A stretch of 64,000 nucleotides of DNA from Candidatus Latescibacterota bacterium. GTDB lineage: Bacteria > Latescibacterota > UBA2968 > GCA-2709665. Location of the stretch: positions 2,048,001-2,112,000 of the forward strand of contig OZ241917.1 of NCBI GenBank assembly GCA_965203805.1, in the 5' to 3' direction. Made by a program: the position numbers and the translations under genes. The notes beneath the pieces are model-generated. The model was not told the DNA's origin. It did no database searches and saw nothing but the letters and a program-made list of their open reading frames with translations. Numbering within the stretch: the stretch's first letter is position 1; every line of letters begins with the position of its first letter. Shown here one piece after another: positions 30,714-39,974 of the stretch.

Positions 30714-32177
30714 CTATTCTTCCGGAAAAACGTTGCACGCCGCGGGCGCCCTCCAGAAATCCGCGACGTCGTGTTTCACGGCGCCGGCCCACCGGCGCAG
30801 CACACGCCTCCCCCCGGCCCGTCGTTGCAGCTTTGGCCCGATCGCACTCCCGTCCCAGCCCTCCCTGACCCTGGCCAGGAGCGCCTCCCTTACCCCCGCG
30901 CAATCCGGATCGCCCGCACGATCCTCGAACTCTCCAGGGTCTTCGGCGAGATTGAACAACTGCGGTTCATCGTACCCGTGATAGCTGTTCAGTTTCCATG
31001 GACCCTGCCGGACCATCCTTCCGGGCGGCTCGTCGGCGCCGCTGTAATTCTCCGAAAATACCTCGTCCGACCAGCCCGGCGACCGTCCACCGCCCTCGAG
31101 GAAACACCTGAGGCTCCGGCCCGCGGCATCGGGCAGCGGATCGCCGCCGGCCAGGTCGATCAGCGTGGGACCGACGTCCAGCAGACTTGCCAGGGCATCC
31201 ACGCGCCGCCCTTCATTGAATCGCCCCGGAAACGACGCGATCATCGGCACGCCGGAAGACCCCTCGTAAAAGCTGCTTTTCCACCACATCCCGTGCTCGC
31301 CGGCCATCTCCCCGTGGTCCGAAAGATAGATCACCGCCGTGTTGTCCGCGAAGGACGTCGAGGCCAGCGCCTCGAGAAGCCGGCCGATCAGACCGTCCAT
31401 AAATGTGACCAGGCCGTAGTAGGCCGCGCGGGCCCGGCGCACCGCGTCATCGCCCAGTCCGTTCACGCCGCGCTTCTCGCGCCAGAGCCGGATCGCCGGA
31501 TGGAGCCGGTCCAGGTAGCCCTCCGGCACGGCCGGGACCTCCACGCGATGGTAGTACTCGTCGTATAGGTCTCTGGGACAGATGAAAGGGCAATGCGGGA
31601 GCACATACCCCATGACCAGGCAAAACGGTCTATCATGCCCAGTCTGGTCGCGGCGTGCGATAAACTCGCGACACGCCTCCGTGACCGCCACGTCGTACGC
31701 CTGGTATGCTGTGCGCCCGGGACCGGAGATTTCGACCGAGTTGCGGGATTGGCCCGTTGTCCCCGTGGGGATATGCCCCAGATCGGGACCGGGGCCGCCC
31801 GGAAACGGACCGGAAACATCTCCTATAATACGCGCTTCGAAACCGTGTCGCTGGTCGGGCCCCACGAAATGCATCCTGCCGCCCAGCACCGTTTCGTATC
31901 CCGCCAGCCCCAGACCATGCGCGAAGGTAGGGATGTCGGACCGAAGAAAACAGGCATTGGACCACACTTCGATGTCTGAGGAATGACGGCCGGTGAGAAA
32001 GGTCATGCGGGAAGGCACGCAAAGCGGTGATGCGCAATACGTATTTTCGAACAATACGCCGCGTTCCGCCAGGGCGTCCAGGTGCGGGGTACGGACGATT
32101 GGATCCCCGGCACAACCCATATACCGGCGGTTGTGCTGGTCCGACATAATCACCAGAAAGTTGGGTTGATCCGGCAA
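30714..32177 (-). CDS. Cys-type sulfatase (choline-sulfatase-like)
   Basis: PNFLVIMSDQH, CVPSR...LTG and SDHGEM.GEHG.W.K motifs. TTG start after GAGGAGG. Confidence 0.93.
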   Translation of the reverse strand: MPDQPNFLVIMSDQHNRRYMGCAGDPIVRTPHLDALAERGVLFENTYCASPLCVPSRMTFLTGRHSSDIEVWSNACFLRSDIPTFAHGLGLAGYETVLGGRMHFVGPDQRHGFEARIIGDVSGPFPGGPGPDLGHIPTGTTGQSRNSVEISGPGRTAYQAYDVAVTEACREFIARRDQTGHDRPFCLVMGYVLPHCPFICPRDLYDEYYHRVEVPAVPEGYLDRLHPAIRLWREKRGVNGLGDDAVRRARAAYYGLVTFMDGLIGRLLEALASTSFADNTAVIYLSDHGEMAGEHGMWWKSSFYEGSSGVPMIASFPGRFNEGRRVDALASLLDVGPTLIDLAGGDPLPDAAGRSLRCFLEGGGRSPGWSDEVFSENYSGADEPPGRMVRQGPWKLNSYHGYDEPQLFNLAEDPGEFEDRAGDPDCAGVREALLARVREGWDGSAIGPKLQRRAGGRRVLRRWAGAVKHDVADFWRAPAACNVFPEE

Positions 32178-32238
32178 GACAGACCTCCTCGTCTTCAGGT
32201 CAATTGACCCCGGTTCGTATTCTTCGCCATACGGAGCG

Positions 32239-33486
32239 TCAGAAGGTTCCCGAACCTGAAAGCGTAACGAGCCGGATTCGATGATTGTACGTATCGGCAA
32301 TGTAAAGGAGTCCGCCTGCCTCATCGAACCCGATGCCGGCCGGCCGGTTCAAGGCGGCCGACGTGGCGGGGCCTCCGTCTCCGCTGAACCCCGGCTGTCC
32401 GTTCCCGGCTACCGTCGCGATGATCCCGGAAGCCAGGTCGATTGCCCGGATACGGTGGTTCATCTCATCTGCGACGTACAGCCGCCCGTCCGGACCGAAC
32501 TGAATATCGCGCGGGTTGTTCAGATTCGCCCGGATGGCCGGACCGCCGTCACCACTGAACCCCGCGTCGCCCGTGCCCGCCACGGTATCGATCCGGTCCC
32601 CCTCAAAGTCCACGCGCCGGATCCGCTGATTGAGCGTATCGGAAATATAGAGCTCTCCATCCGGCCCAAGGGCCAAACCACCCGCGGGCGGAGGACTGTT
32701 GCCCGCCGGGAGGTTCAATTGCGCCATAAGGGGAGGGCCGCCGTCGCCACCGGATCCGGCCGCGCCCGTACCCACCACTGTCCTGATGACGCTGTTGAGA
32801 TCGATCTTTCGCACCCGCAGGTTGCGCTGATCCAGAACATAGAGCGTATTGTCCGGCGCAAGCACCGTCTGCGAAGGATAGTTCAGAAGCGCGTCCTCCG
32901 CGGGACCGCCGTCGCCCGAAAACCCGGGTGCGTCTCCAAGGAATACCCGAACCCTGCCGCTGGCAGGATCGAAAAGCCGCAGCTTGTGGTTTCGCCAGGC
33001 CGTCAGCAGAAAGGCCCCGCCCGAGAGCTGAGCCAGGTGCGTCGGATGACTCAGATTGACGGATCTCCCGGGCGCACCCGGCGGGATCCGCTCGGATTGA
33101 GCGTAGGAACCGTCGCCCATAAAGCCGCTGCCGATCGCAGTCTCCAGCGTGCTGTCGCCGATGGCTGCACGGCGCACGCGATGATTGTTCCAGTCCAGAA
33201 CATAAACCCTGCCTTCGGGCGTGACCATGACGTCTACCGGCCAGTAGAACGTGGACAACAAATACACGTTGCCGTCTCCGTCCCAGCCCGCATCGCCGGT
33301 TCCCGCCCAGGTGCAGATCGTTCCCGGCGTATCCGAACACAGCGACGGCGGCGCAATGGGTTCGTCGTCGTCATCGGATTCGATCGGATTGTCGTCTCCA
33401 CACGCCGCCAGAAAACAGGCCAGCAACCCGACACAGAACCAGAACATGCCCCGCCGTAATCTGTCCGCAATGAAATGCATCTTCAC
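32239..33486 (-). CDS. NHL-repeat beta-propeller lipoprotein
   Basis: Lipobox LAAC; repeated AG.G..GFSGDGGPA..A.LN.P and LY.AD..NHRIR. Confidence 0.88.
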   Translation of the reverse strand: MKMHFIADRLRRGMFWFCVGLLACFLAACGDDNPIESDDDDEPIAPPSLCSDTPGTICTWAGTGDAGWDGDGNVYLLSTFYWPVDVMVTPEGRVYVLDWNNHRVRRAAIGDSTLETAIGSGFMGDGSYAQSERIPPGAPGRSVNLSHPTHLAQLSGGAFLLTAWRNHKLRLFDPASGRVRVFLGDAPGFSGDGGPAEDALLNYPSQTVLAPDNTLYVLDQRNLRVRKIDLNSVIRTVVGTGAAGSGGDGGPPLMAQLNLPAGNSPPPAGGLALGPDGELYISDTLNQRIRRVDFEGDRIDTVAGTGDAGFSGDGGPAIRANLNNPRDIQFGPDGRLYVADEMNHRIRAIDLASGIIATVAGNGQPGFSGDGGPATSAALNRPAGIGFDEAGGLLYIADTYNHRIRLVTLSGSGTF

Positions 33487-33570
33487 TTCACCTCACACCA
33501 GGTCTCAACTGACCGGTTGAATCCGGATGCCTCCTCTCCTCAAAAGCGCCGCTTGCGGCCGGGAGGACAT

Positions 33571-34713
33571 TCACAAGTCGCTTGCACACCGGAATCCGAT
33601 CTGTTCATCCGTCGCAAATGGCGCATCGAACCACCGGGTGGTCGTGTCGGCCAGATCCCGGAACTTCCATGAGCCGCCCCGCATCACGCGGTTGAGACCG
33701 ATTTCCGGTCCTTTCGGGTTTTCTTTTGGTGTATCATGATAATAATCGGGGTTGAACCAATCCTCACACCACTCCCATGCGTTGCCGGACATATCGTGCA
33801 CCCCGTACGGGCTTGCGCCCTTTGGGTGGCTGCCCACGTCTACCGTACGGCCAACAAGATCGGCGATATTCGCGTGTTCAGGAGTAGGCGTCGCCGTTCC
33901 CCATGGATAGGGTCGCTTGTCGGTGCCGCGAGCCGCCTTTTCCCACTCCGCTTCGGTCGGGAGGCGCATTCCCGCCCATTCGCAGTAGGCTTTGGCGCCA
34001 AACCAGGTCACGTTTGTCACGGCCCGGTTGGCGAGATAAAACGCCTTAAGCACGTACTCATCCTTTATGGTGCGCCCCAGTTCCTCGCTATCATCATCAT
34101 CGTCCCCTTGCCGTCCCGCCAATACGTCGATCGAGATCCGGATATCCGCCCTTCTCGACTCCAGATTGTAGAGCACATTGCCAGCCGGGTCCTGGTTCCG
34201 GTTCGCCGCATTCTGGTATGCGATGTCCTCGTCCGTCTGCCAGGGCGCCGTGCGGCCGACCGTCTTGGTGTTTCGGTTTCTATCGTTCAGAAAGGCGATA
34301 TACTGGACGTTGTTCACTTCGAATTTATCTATATTGAACGCATCCAGGTACACGACGTGTTCGGGGCCGTCCGGCGGCAGCCCGCCCCGGTCGGTCCCCA
34401 TGATGAATTCCCCCGCGGGTACCTCAAGCAGTTCGTGCTTCAGTATCGGCACGACGGGTCCGCCAACCACTTTCTGTCCGAAGAAAGTCGCGAAGATCTC
34501 GAAGTCGGGCGCGTCTACCGTGCGGCTGCCGTCCAGATCGTAAATCGGGTCTTCCGTTTGAAACGCCCGCGCAAAAAGGACAAAATCGGTCAGATCGATG
34601 GTTCCGTTGCCGTCAAAGTCCACATCTTCTATGGTGACCCGATCCGCCCAGACACGTGCCGGGCCTGTCGCGAGCAAGAGAGTCAGGCCAACGGAAAACA
34701 GTACGCGCGCCAT
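33571..34713 (-). CDS. Secreted FGE-sulfatase (SUMF1) domain protein with N-terminal dockerin-like/EF-hand pair
   Basis: Signal peptide; DFDGNGTIDLTDF and DLDGSRTVDAPDF; RLPTEAEWEKAARG, DMSGN.WEW, RGGSW and GFRCA. Confidence 0.88.
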   Translation of the reverse strand: MARVLFSVGLTLLLATGPARVWADRVTIEDVDFDGNGTIDLTDFVLFARAFQTEDPIYDLDGSRTVDAPDFEIFATFFGQKVVGGPVVPILKHELLEVPAGEFIMGTDRGGLPPDGPEHVVYLDAFNIDKFEVNNVQYIAFLNDRNRNTKTVGRTAPWQTDEDIAYQNAANRNQDPAGNVLYNLESRRADIRISIDVLAGRQGDDDDDSEELGRTIKDEYVLKAFYLANRAVTNVTWFGAKAYCEWAGMRLPTEAEWEKAARGTDKRPYPWGTATPTPEHANIADLVGRTVDVGSHPKGASPYGVHDMSGNAWEWCEDWFNPDYYHDTPKENPKGPEIGLNRVMRGGSWKFRDLADTTTRWFDAPFATDEQIGFRCASDL

Positions 34714-34847
34714 GTGCGAATTCTCCTTCACCGGCGAATTTCCCCCGTCGTCAGACGACCTCCCCGGCGTTTTCCGGCGCGCGCAACCGACCGTGCGCGG
34801 CATCCGGACGAGGGTTCGGTACCCGTTAACGATACCTCGGTGTCGTC

Positions 34848-37800
34848 TTACTTCTGCACCACGAACGTGGTTTCTTTCGAAAAGGACTTGCCGCTGTTTA
34901 AATCCGTAACCTCCACCGTCAGGCGGTATTTCCCCGAACGCGCTTCCCCCAGTTCCAGTTCCGTATACGCCACTTCCGAGTCCTGAAAACCGAGTTGCTC
35001 ATAACCCACCGCCACCTCCCGTTTGTTCGACCGTCCTCTGAGCGTTTGCGCCAGCGTGGACAATACGCCACCCGCCTTCGGTCCCATCGTGTACTCCACG
35101 CGGTACTGGGTCTGTCCGAATTCATCCTTTTTCAGGTTATAAATCTCGTAATACACAAATACGTTCTGGCCCATTCCGTAGGTTCGAGACGGCATCGGTA
35201 CCACGTTCAACCCATGTTTTCGGAATTTGCCGGCATCCGTGGCGGCCTCGCTGACCCTGTATGCCAACTCCAGGTCGCTCACGCGGAGACCTTCCCGATG
35301 GTAAGACTCCACATCGACCTGCTGCCGGTATATTCCCAGCCGACCCGTCATCCGGTCGCGAGCCTTGACTTCCAGCCGGTAAGCGCCCGGCGGCACTTCG
35401 AGCCTGACTACATCAGGGAGGACCACTTCGGGACCCGTCCGATTGCCAGGTTGCTTGTAAAACACCTCCGCCGTCTTCCGGTAGACCTTGCCGGAAAGAG
35501 ACGAGAGCAATGCCAACTGTCGCCGGACCGCCACCTGTGTGACGTTATGTTCGGGAAGGTAATTCGGTACCGTGCACGGAATGCCGTAGTAGATCTCCAG
35601 CACGCTCTTCCCGTCTCGCCCTTTGAAGTCGGCCAGCGAGTAATAGAAGTCGAACGGCGCTTCCGCGTATTCCGGCGTGAAGGTATCCGGGGTGAGCGCA
35701 ACCGCCTGCTTGAACACCTGCTCCGGCGAAAAACGACGGAACCTCGAAACCTGTTCGACATTCAAATCGGGCGCACTCGGAACTGGCGCAAAATCGAAGA
35801 CCCGGGAGTTGAACTCATCCGTAAACGTAATCTCTATACCCCCGTCGATATCGAGATAGACCCACGACTCCCAGGGCGTGGACCCAAGGTCGGCGCCTGC
35901 GCTCAGTACCGGACTGAAGCCCGATCCCGCGAAGATGTCCGTGTTGATGTTGGACGGTACCGGTCGCGTGACCGTGCTCGCGAGTTCATTCTGTCCGATA
36001 TCTCCTCCCACGCCGATCGTCCCTGCGGTGCTGCGGCGCTCCGTGTTACTCCGGTCGGTAGACGAGCCCCCATCCCGGCTTCCTTCCGACGTTGTCATCT
36101 GCCTGAGATTCGAGTCCGCGCCATCCGGGTCCCCGCCCGTGAACGCGTCCCGCTCGCCTTCGATACCGAGATCGGCCGCCGCGCTTTCGAAACCGAGAAT
36201 ATCGCGCTCCAAAGAGAAGTTACGGATGGGAAAAACGGGACCCATAAACGACGCGCCGATGGCCTCGGTACCATAGAGTTGCCTGGCCAGCCGCTCCTTC
36301 ACGCGCAGCACGGGCAGGTTCTGCCGGAAATTCACCTTCCGCGAGCTCGTCACGTGGTCCGGATCGCCGAACCGGATGTACACCTCGCCGCGCCGGTCCC
36401 ACGGTTCCTTGCCTTTGGAAAATTCCAACAGCGCGTACCAGACTCTGCGGTAGTGTTCCAGAAGCCTTTCGTTTACAGGCGTGCCAATGTCGGGGTCACG
36501 GACGCTCCAGAAACTCTCCAGAAACGCCTCACGGGCCGCACCCGCCGTCTGTTCGTATTCCGCCAACTCCTCCGGTAAAGCAATCAGACCGATATCGTAG
36601 TAGTGGGCCCGCTGCTCCGGTTCCAACCGCGAAATGTACGTAGAGAAAAACCCCATCGCCATATCGTACTTGCTGCGCTTCGCGCAGGCCTGAGCCAGGA
36701 TCGGCATCAGTTCGATTGCGTCGGGGTATTCGTGTGTAAACGCCCTGACCTTTTCCAGAATCCGGTCGTAGTCTTTCACTTTCAGGTACGCGTGGCCCAG
36801 CCGTCTGCCCACTTTCGGGTCCGTCGGCCGCATGGCCAGATACCGCGTGTACCAGACGATGGCTTCCTCGTAATCCTCCATAAAATTGGCGTACCAATCT
36901 CCCATCAGCAGATAGGCGTCGGCGTACTCCGGATCCGTTTTCAGGACGCGGTCCAACTCGGGCTTCACGTCGTGCTCATTGAGCATATATCGCACGAGGG
37001 CGATCTTGTACCGGGCATCCACGAAGTCCCGATCGCGCATTAAAGCCTTTCTGAAATAGCTAATGGCCTGGTAGCGCTCGTTGTGGAGTTCCATCAACAC
37101 GAGGCCGAGACCGTAATAGGGTTCCGGATCGTCGCCCGCCATCGAGGCTGCCTTCCTGAATGCCCATTTAGCGCCCCGGTAATATTTGTCCTCCAGGAAT
37201 GCGTAACCCAGTTTCAGATGCGAGTCTTTATCGCGAGGGCGCTGGTGGGCAACCACGCGGAGCGGAAAGATCGCCTCGTCCACGTCATGCCTGTCGAGCC
37301 GTGCCACGCCCAGGTTGAAGAGCGAATCGACCCTGGCGCGAGGCATCTTGCGCGACTCCACCGCATATCCGCCGGGCCCCCCAAGGAGGTACTGCACCCG
37401 ACCCCGGTGCCAGTAACAGGTCAGCACGGGACCGCCATCGTAGACATTCGGACGAAGAAAATACCCGACTTCAGGCATATGGGGTTCGTCGGTTGCCGGA
37501 CATTGGAAAAGATGCCTGAGTTGCGCCAGGTCCCGCGTTCTTGCGGACGCGTCCGGCTGCCGCTTTTCCAATTCAGCGGACGCCCACGACAGGAGTCCGT
37601 CCAGATCCGGTGTTGTTCTTTCGGCACGCGTGGCGTTGAACTCCGAAATCAGATCGCCCACAACCAGCAGGCGTTCCGAGCAAACCGATTCCTTCAGGAC
37701 CTCGTCATTCTTGATGCGGCGTCGAATCCCATCGATGTAATTCTGACAGCTTCCGCGCGACAGACCCAGCGGCGCATACGCCGCTCGAATATCCTTGAAA

Positions 37801-38597
37801 CCCCTCACGGCTTCCCGGTAGGCATCCCTTGCGCCGCGGTACTCGCCCCGATGCATGGCGTGGTGACCCCGCACCCACCAGTTCAACGCCTGGTGAACCA
37901 TCAGCATTGCCGCGTCAATTTCCGATTCCTGCGCCCGTTCCGGAGGCCTGCCGCCACCCGCATTGTCCGGACTGGCCCACGCCGGCACACTGCCTCCCTC
38001 CATTCCGACAAAAGAAACCTTGCCGTCGACCACAGCGGTCACGGCGTCCGCGCCTTCGGACCACGCCAACGGGCCCCGCACGCGCCCTGCCACGAGCAAC
38101 CTGCCTCGTCCGAACGCATCGACGGTCCATAGTCCGCTGCGGTCCGTTACGGCCAGCCGGCTTCCGTCGGGCGCCACGGCCATATCGACAGGTTCCATTC
38201 GCGCAGGCAATCGCCAGAGCGACTCCCCGGATGCATCTATCCGCCAGATGCGGTTGCGGATGAGGGCCAAGCGCCGCTGTTTTCGGGCGTCTGACGTCAG
38301 CCGCCCCAGTGGCGTCGTGCCGAACGCAACGTGATCCAGCCCCCGCTCCAGGTAAACCAGACCACCGCCGGGCAAGAAGCCCACGTCTCCAGGCGGACCC
38401 AGGAAGATTCCCGCTCTGGCGGGCGGCGTCCCGTCTGTTCGCCCCTCCCAGATCTGGGTGAACAGGACCATCGGCTTCCCGGAGGGTACCAGCCACACCA
38501 CTCGCTCGCCGTCAGGCGAGTAAGTCGCGGACGGGACGGAATGAGCCCGGGTCGCAAGCCCCAGCAGGGCGGCTACGACAGTGAGAAACTTCAACAA
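34848..38597 (-). CDS. TPR + GWxTD-type domain protein
   Basis: Signal peptide, propeller-like N-terminus, TPRs, FW..RDP..TPVNERL.EHYRRV.Y...F...PWDRRGEVYIRFG.P, and C-terminal Ig-like domains. TTG start after GGAGG. Confidence 0.82.
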   Translation of the reverse strand: MLKFLTVVAALLGLATRAHSVPSATYSPDGERVVWLVPSGKPMVLFTQIWEGRTDGTPPARAGIFLGPPGDVGFLPGGGLVYLERGLDHVAFGTTPLGRLTSDARKQRRLALIRNRIWRIDASGESLWRLPARMEPVDMAVAPDGSRLAVTDRSGLWTVDAFGRGRLLVAGRVRGPLAWSEGADAVTAVVDGKVSFVGMEGGSVPAWASPDNAGGGRPPERAQESEIDAAMLMVHQALNWWVRGHHAMHRGEYRGARDAYREAVRGFKDIRAAYAPLGLSRGSCQNYIDGIRRRIKNDEVLKESVCSERLLVVGDLISEFNATRAERTTPDLDGLLSWASAELEKRQPDASARTRDLAQLRHLFQCPATDEPHMPEVGYFLRPNVYDGGPVLTCYWHRGRVQYLLGGPGGYAVESRKMPRARVDSLFNLGVARLDRHDVDEAIFPLRVVAHQRPRDKDSHLKLGYAFLEDKYYRGAKWAFRKAASMAGDDPEPYYGLGLVLMELHNERYQAISYFRKALMRDRDFVDARYKIALVRYMLNEHDVKPELDRVLKTDPEYADAYLLMGDWYANFMEDYEEAIVWYTRYLAMRPTDPKVGRRLGHAYLKVKDYDRILEKVRAFTHEYPDAIELMPILAQACAKRSKYDMAMGFFSTYISRLEPEQRAHYYDIGLIALPEELAEYEQTAGAAREAFLESFWSVRDPDIGTPVNERLLEHYRRVWYALLEFSKGKEPWDRRGEVYIRFGDPDHVTSSRKVNFRQNLPVLRVKERLARQLYGTEAIGASFMGPVFPIRNFSLERDILGFESAAADLGIEGERDAFTGGDPDGADSNLRQMTTSEGSRDGGSSTDRSNTERRSTAGTIGVGGDIGQNELASTVTRPVPSNINTDIFAGSGFSPVLSAGADLGSTPWESWVYLDIDGGIEITFTDEFNSRVFDFAPVPSAPDLNVEQVSRFRRFSPEQVFKQAVALTPDTFTPEYAEAPFDFYYSLADFKGRDGKSVLEIYYGIPCTVPNYLPEHNVTQVAVRRQLALLSSLSGKVYRKTAEVFYKQPGNRTGPEVVLPDVVRLEVPPGAYRLEVKARDRMTGRLGIYRQQVDVESYHREGLRVSDLELAYRVSEAATDAGKFRKHGLNVVPMPSRTYGMGQNVFVYYEIYNLKKDEFGQTQYRVEYTMGPKAGGVLSTLAQTLRGRSNKREVAVGYEQLGFQDSEVAYTELELGEARSGKYRLTVEVTDLNSGKSFSKETTFVVQK

Positions 38598-38665
38598 GCG
38601 CTCCTCCAGACCTCAGAGATGGCCGCGAAGGATTGGCGACGAGGAATGTCTATAAGATAAGAAAG

Positions 38666-39895
38666 TTATTCCCTGTCAAACAACCCTTCTATCGCGATGA
38701 CCTCCAGCGCCTCGCCCATCGCACGGACGGCCTGGTCGATATCGGCCTCCGTGTGCGAGAAGTTCGTATAACAGACCGAATAGACGATGATCCCGCGCTT
38801 CAGTACTTCCTCGTTGAACCTGAGAAACAACCGGCCCGCGTCGGGATGGTCGAACACCAGTTGTCCGACGGGCGGCGCCCCCACGATGCTCACCGGCAGA
38901 CTCAATCTCTCGCTGCACGCATTGAAGCCTTCGTGAAGCTGTTCGCCGCGCTTCCACAACGTGCCGATCACATCCTCACGTTCATAGACATCCAGCACGG
39001 CACGCGCCGCGGCCAGTCCAAGGGTGTCTCCTCCGAACGTGGACGACACCACGCAATCCTTCACCGTCTCCATCACCGCCGCCTGTCCCACAAAACAGGA
39101 GAGCGGCACGCCGTTCGACAACCCCTTGGCAAACACCGCCAGGTCGGGAATTACCCCGAAGTACTCCTGTGCGCCTGCACGCCGAAGGCGGAACCCCGTG
39201 ACGATCTCGTCGAAAATAAGGACCGCCCCGCGCTGCTCAGTCAGCTTCCGCAATGCCTTCAGAAAGGAACGCCCCTGTTCAACCTCCGCATACGCGCAAG
39301 CGACGCTGACGGCCGCAATTTCATCCGGCGCAGCTTCAAACGCTGCCGCATACGGACCGATATCGCCCCACGGCAACGCCATGTAAGTCTTTCGAGTCGC
39401 CTCCGGCACCCCGCCTCGAGCCATTGTATTGACCCAGCCATGATATCCACAGGTCAGGATGAGTTCCCGTTCCGTAAACGCCCTTGAAAGGCGGTGGGCG
39501 GCCGCCATCGCCTCACCGCCCGTTTTCAGGAATCGGACCCGTTCCGCGCACGGCAATACCTCCACCAGCCGCTGTGCAACCTCCACCTCCAGCGGGTGGG
39601 GATAGCTGAACACGATCCCACTTTCCAATTGCTCTTTGACGGCCTCATCCACCGCAGGGAAACGGTAGCCCAGGGTTATCGGTCCCAGTCCGTTCCTGAA
39701 ATCGATGTATTCATTGCCGTCGGCGTCCCACACCCGGCATCCGTCACCCCGAACCAGGTAGCAGGGCTCCACGCCCCGCAACGCCTCTCTCGGGGCCTTG
39801 GAATGGGTCTGGGTGCCCAGCGGGATCACCTGCTGCGCCAGGTCATACAGCTCCCACGAACGCGCAACCGATCGCTCAACCTTCGTTGTCATCAT
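38666..39895 (-). CDS. Class III PLP aminotransferase (GSA-aminomutase-like)
   Basis: G..VWD.DGNEYID, RFLKTG.EA, GYHGW, FDEIVTGFR and FAKG.SNG motifs. Confidence 0.9.
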   Translation of the reverse strand: MMTTKVERSVARSWELYDLAQQVIPLGTQTHSKAPREALRGVEPCYLVRGDGCRVWDADGNEYIDFRNGLGPITLGYRFPAVDEAVKEQLESGIVFSYPHPLEVEVAQRLVEVLPCAERVRFLKTGGEAMAAAHRLSRAFTERELILTCGYHGWVNTMARGGVPEATRKTYMALPWGDIGPYAAAFEAAPDEIAAVSVACAYAEVEQGRSFLKALRKLTEQRGAVLIFDEIVTGFRLRRAGAQEYFGVIPDLAVFAKGLSNGVPLSCFVGQAAVMETVKDCVVSSTFGGDTLGLAAARAVLDVYEREDVIGTLWKRGEQLHEGFNACSERLSLPVSIVGAPPVGQLVFDHPDAGRLFLRFNEEVLKRGIIVYSVCYTNFSHTEADIDQAVRAMGEALEVIAIEGLFDRE

Positions 39896-39974
39896 CCACC
39901 TCCTGAGGAATCCTGTATAGCCGCCTCGGTCGAAAGTGGGATCCAACCCCCGCCATGTGCCCACAGCCAGCGGG

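Noticed and set aside
33571-34713. Sulfatase-maturing formylglycine-generating enzyme
   Set aside because: Catalytic Cys residues are absent after RGGSW, and the protein appears secreted.
38666-39895. hemL assignment
   Set aside because: GSA-aminomutase-like but divergent, with no tetrapyrrole gene context; symbol withheld.
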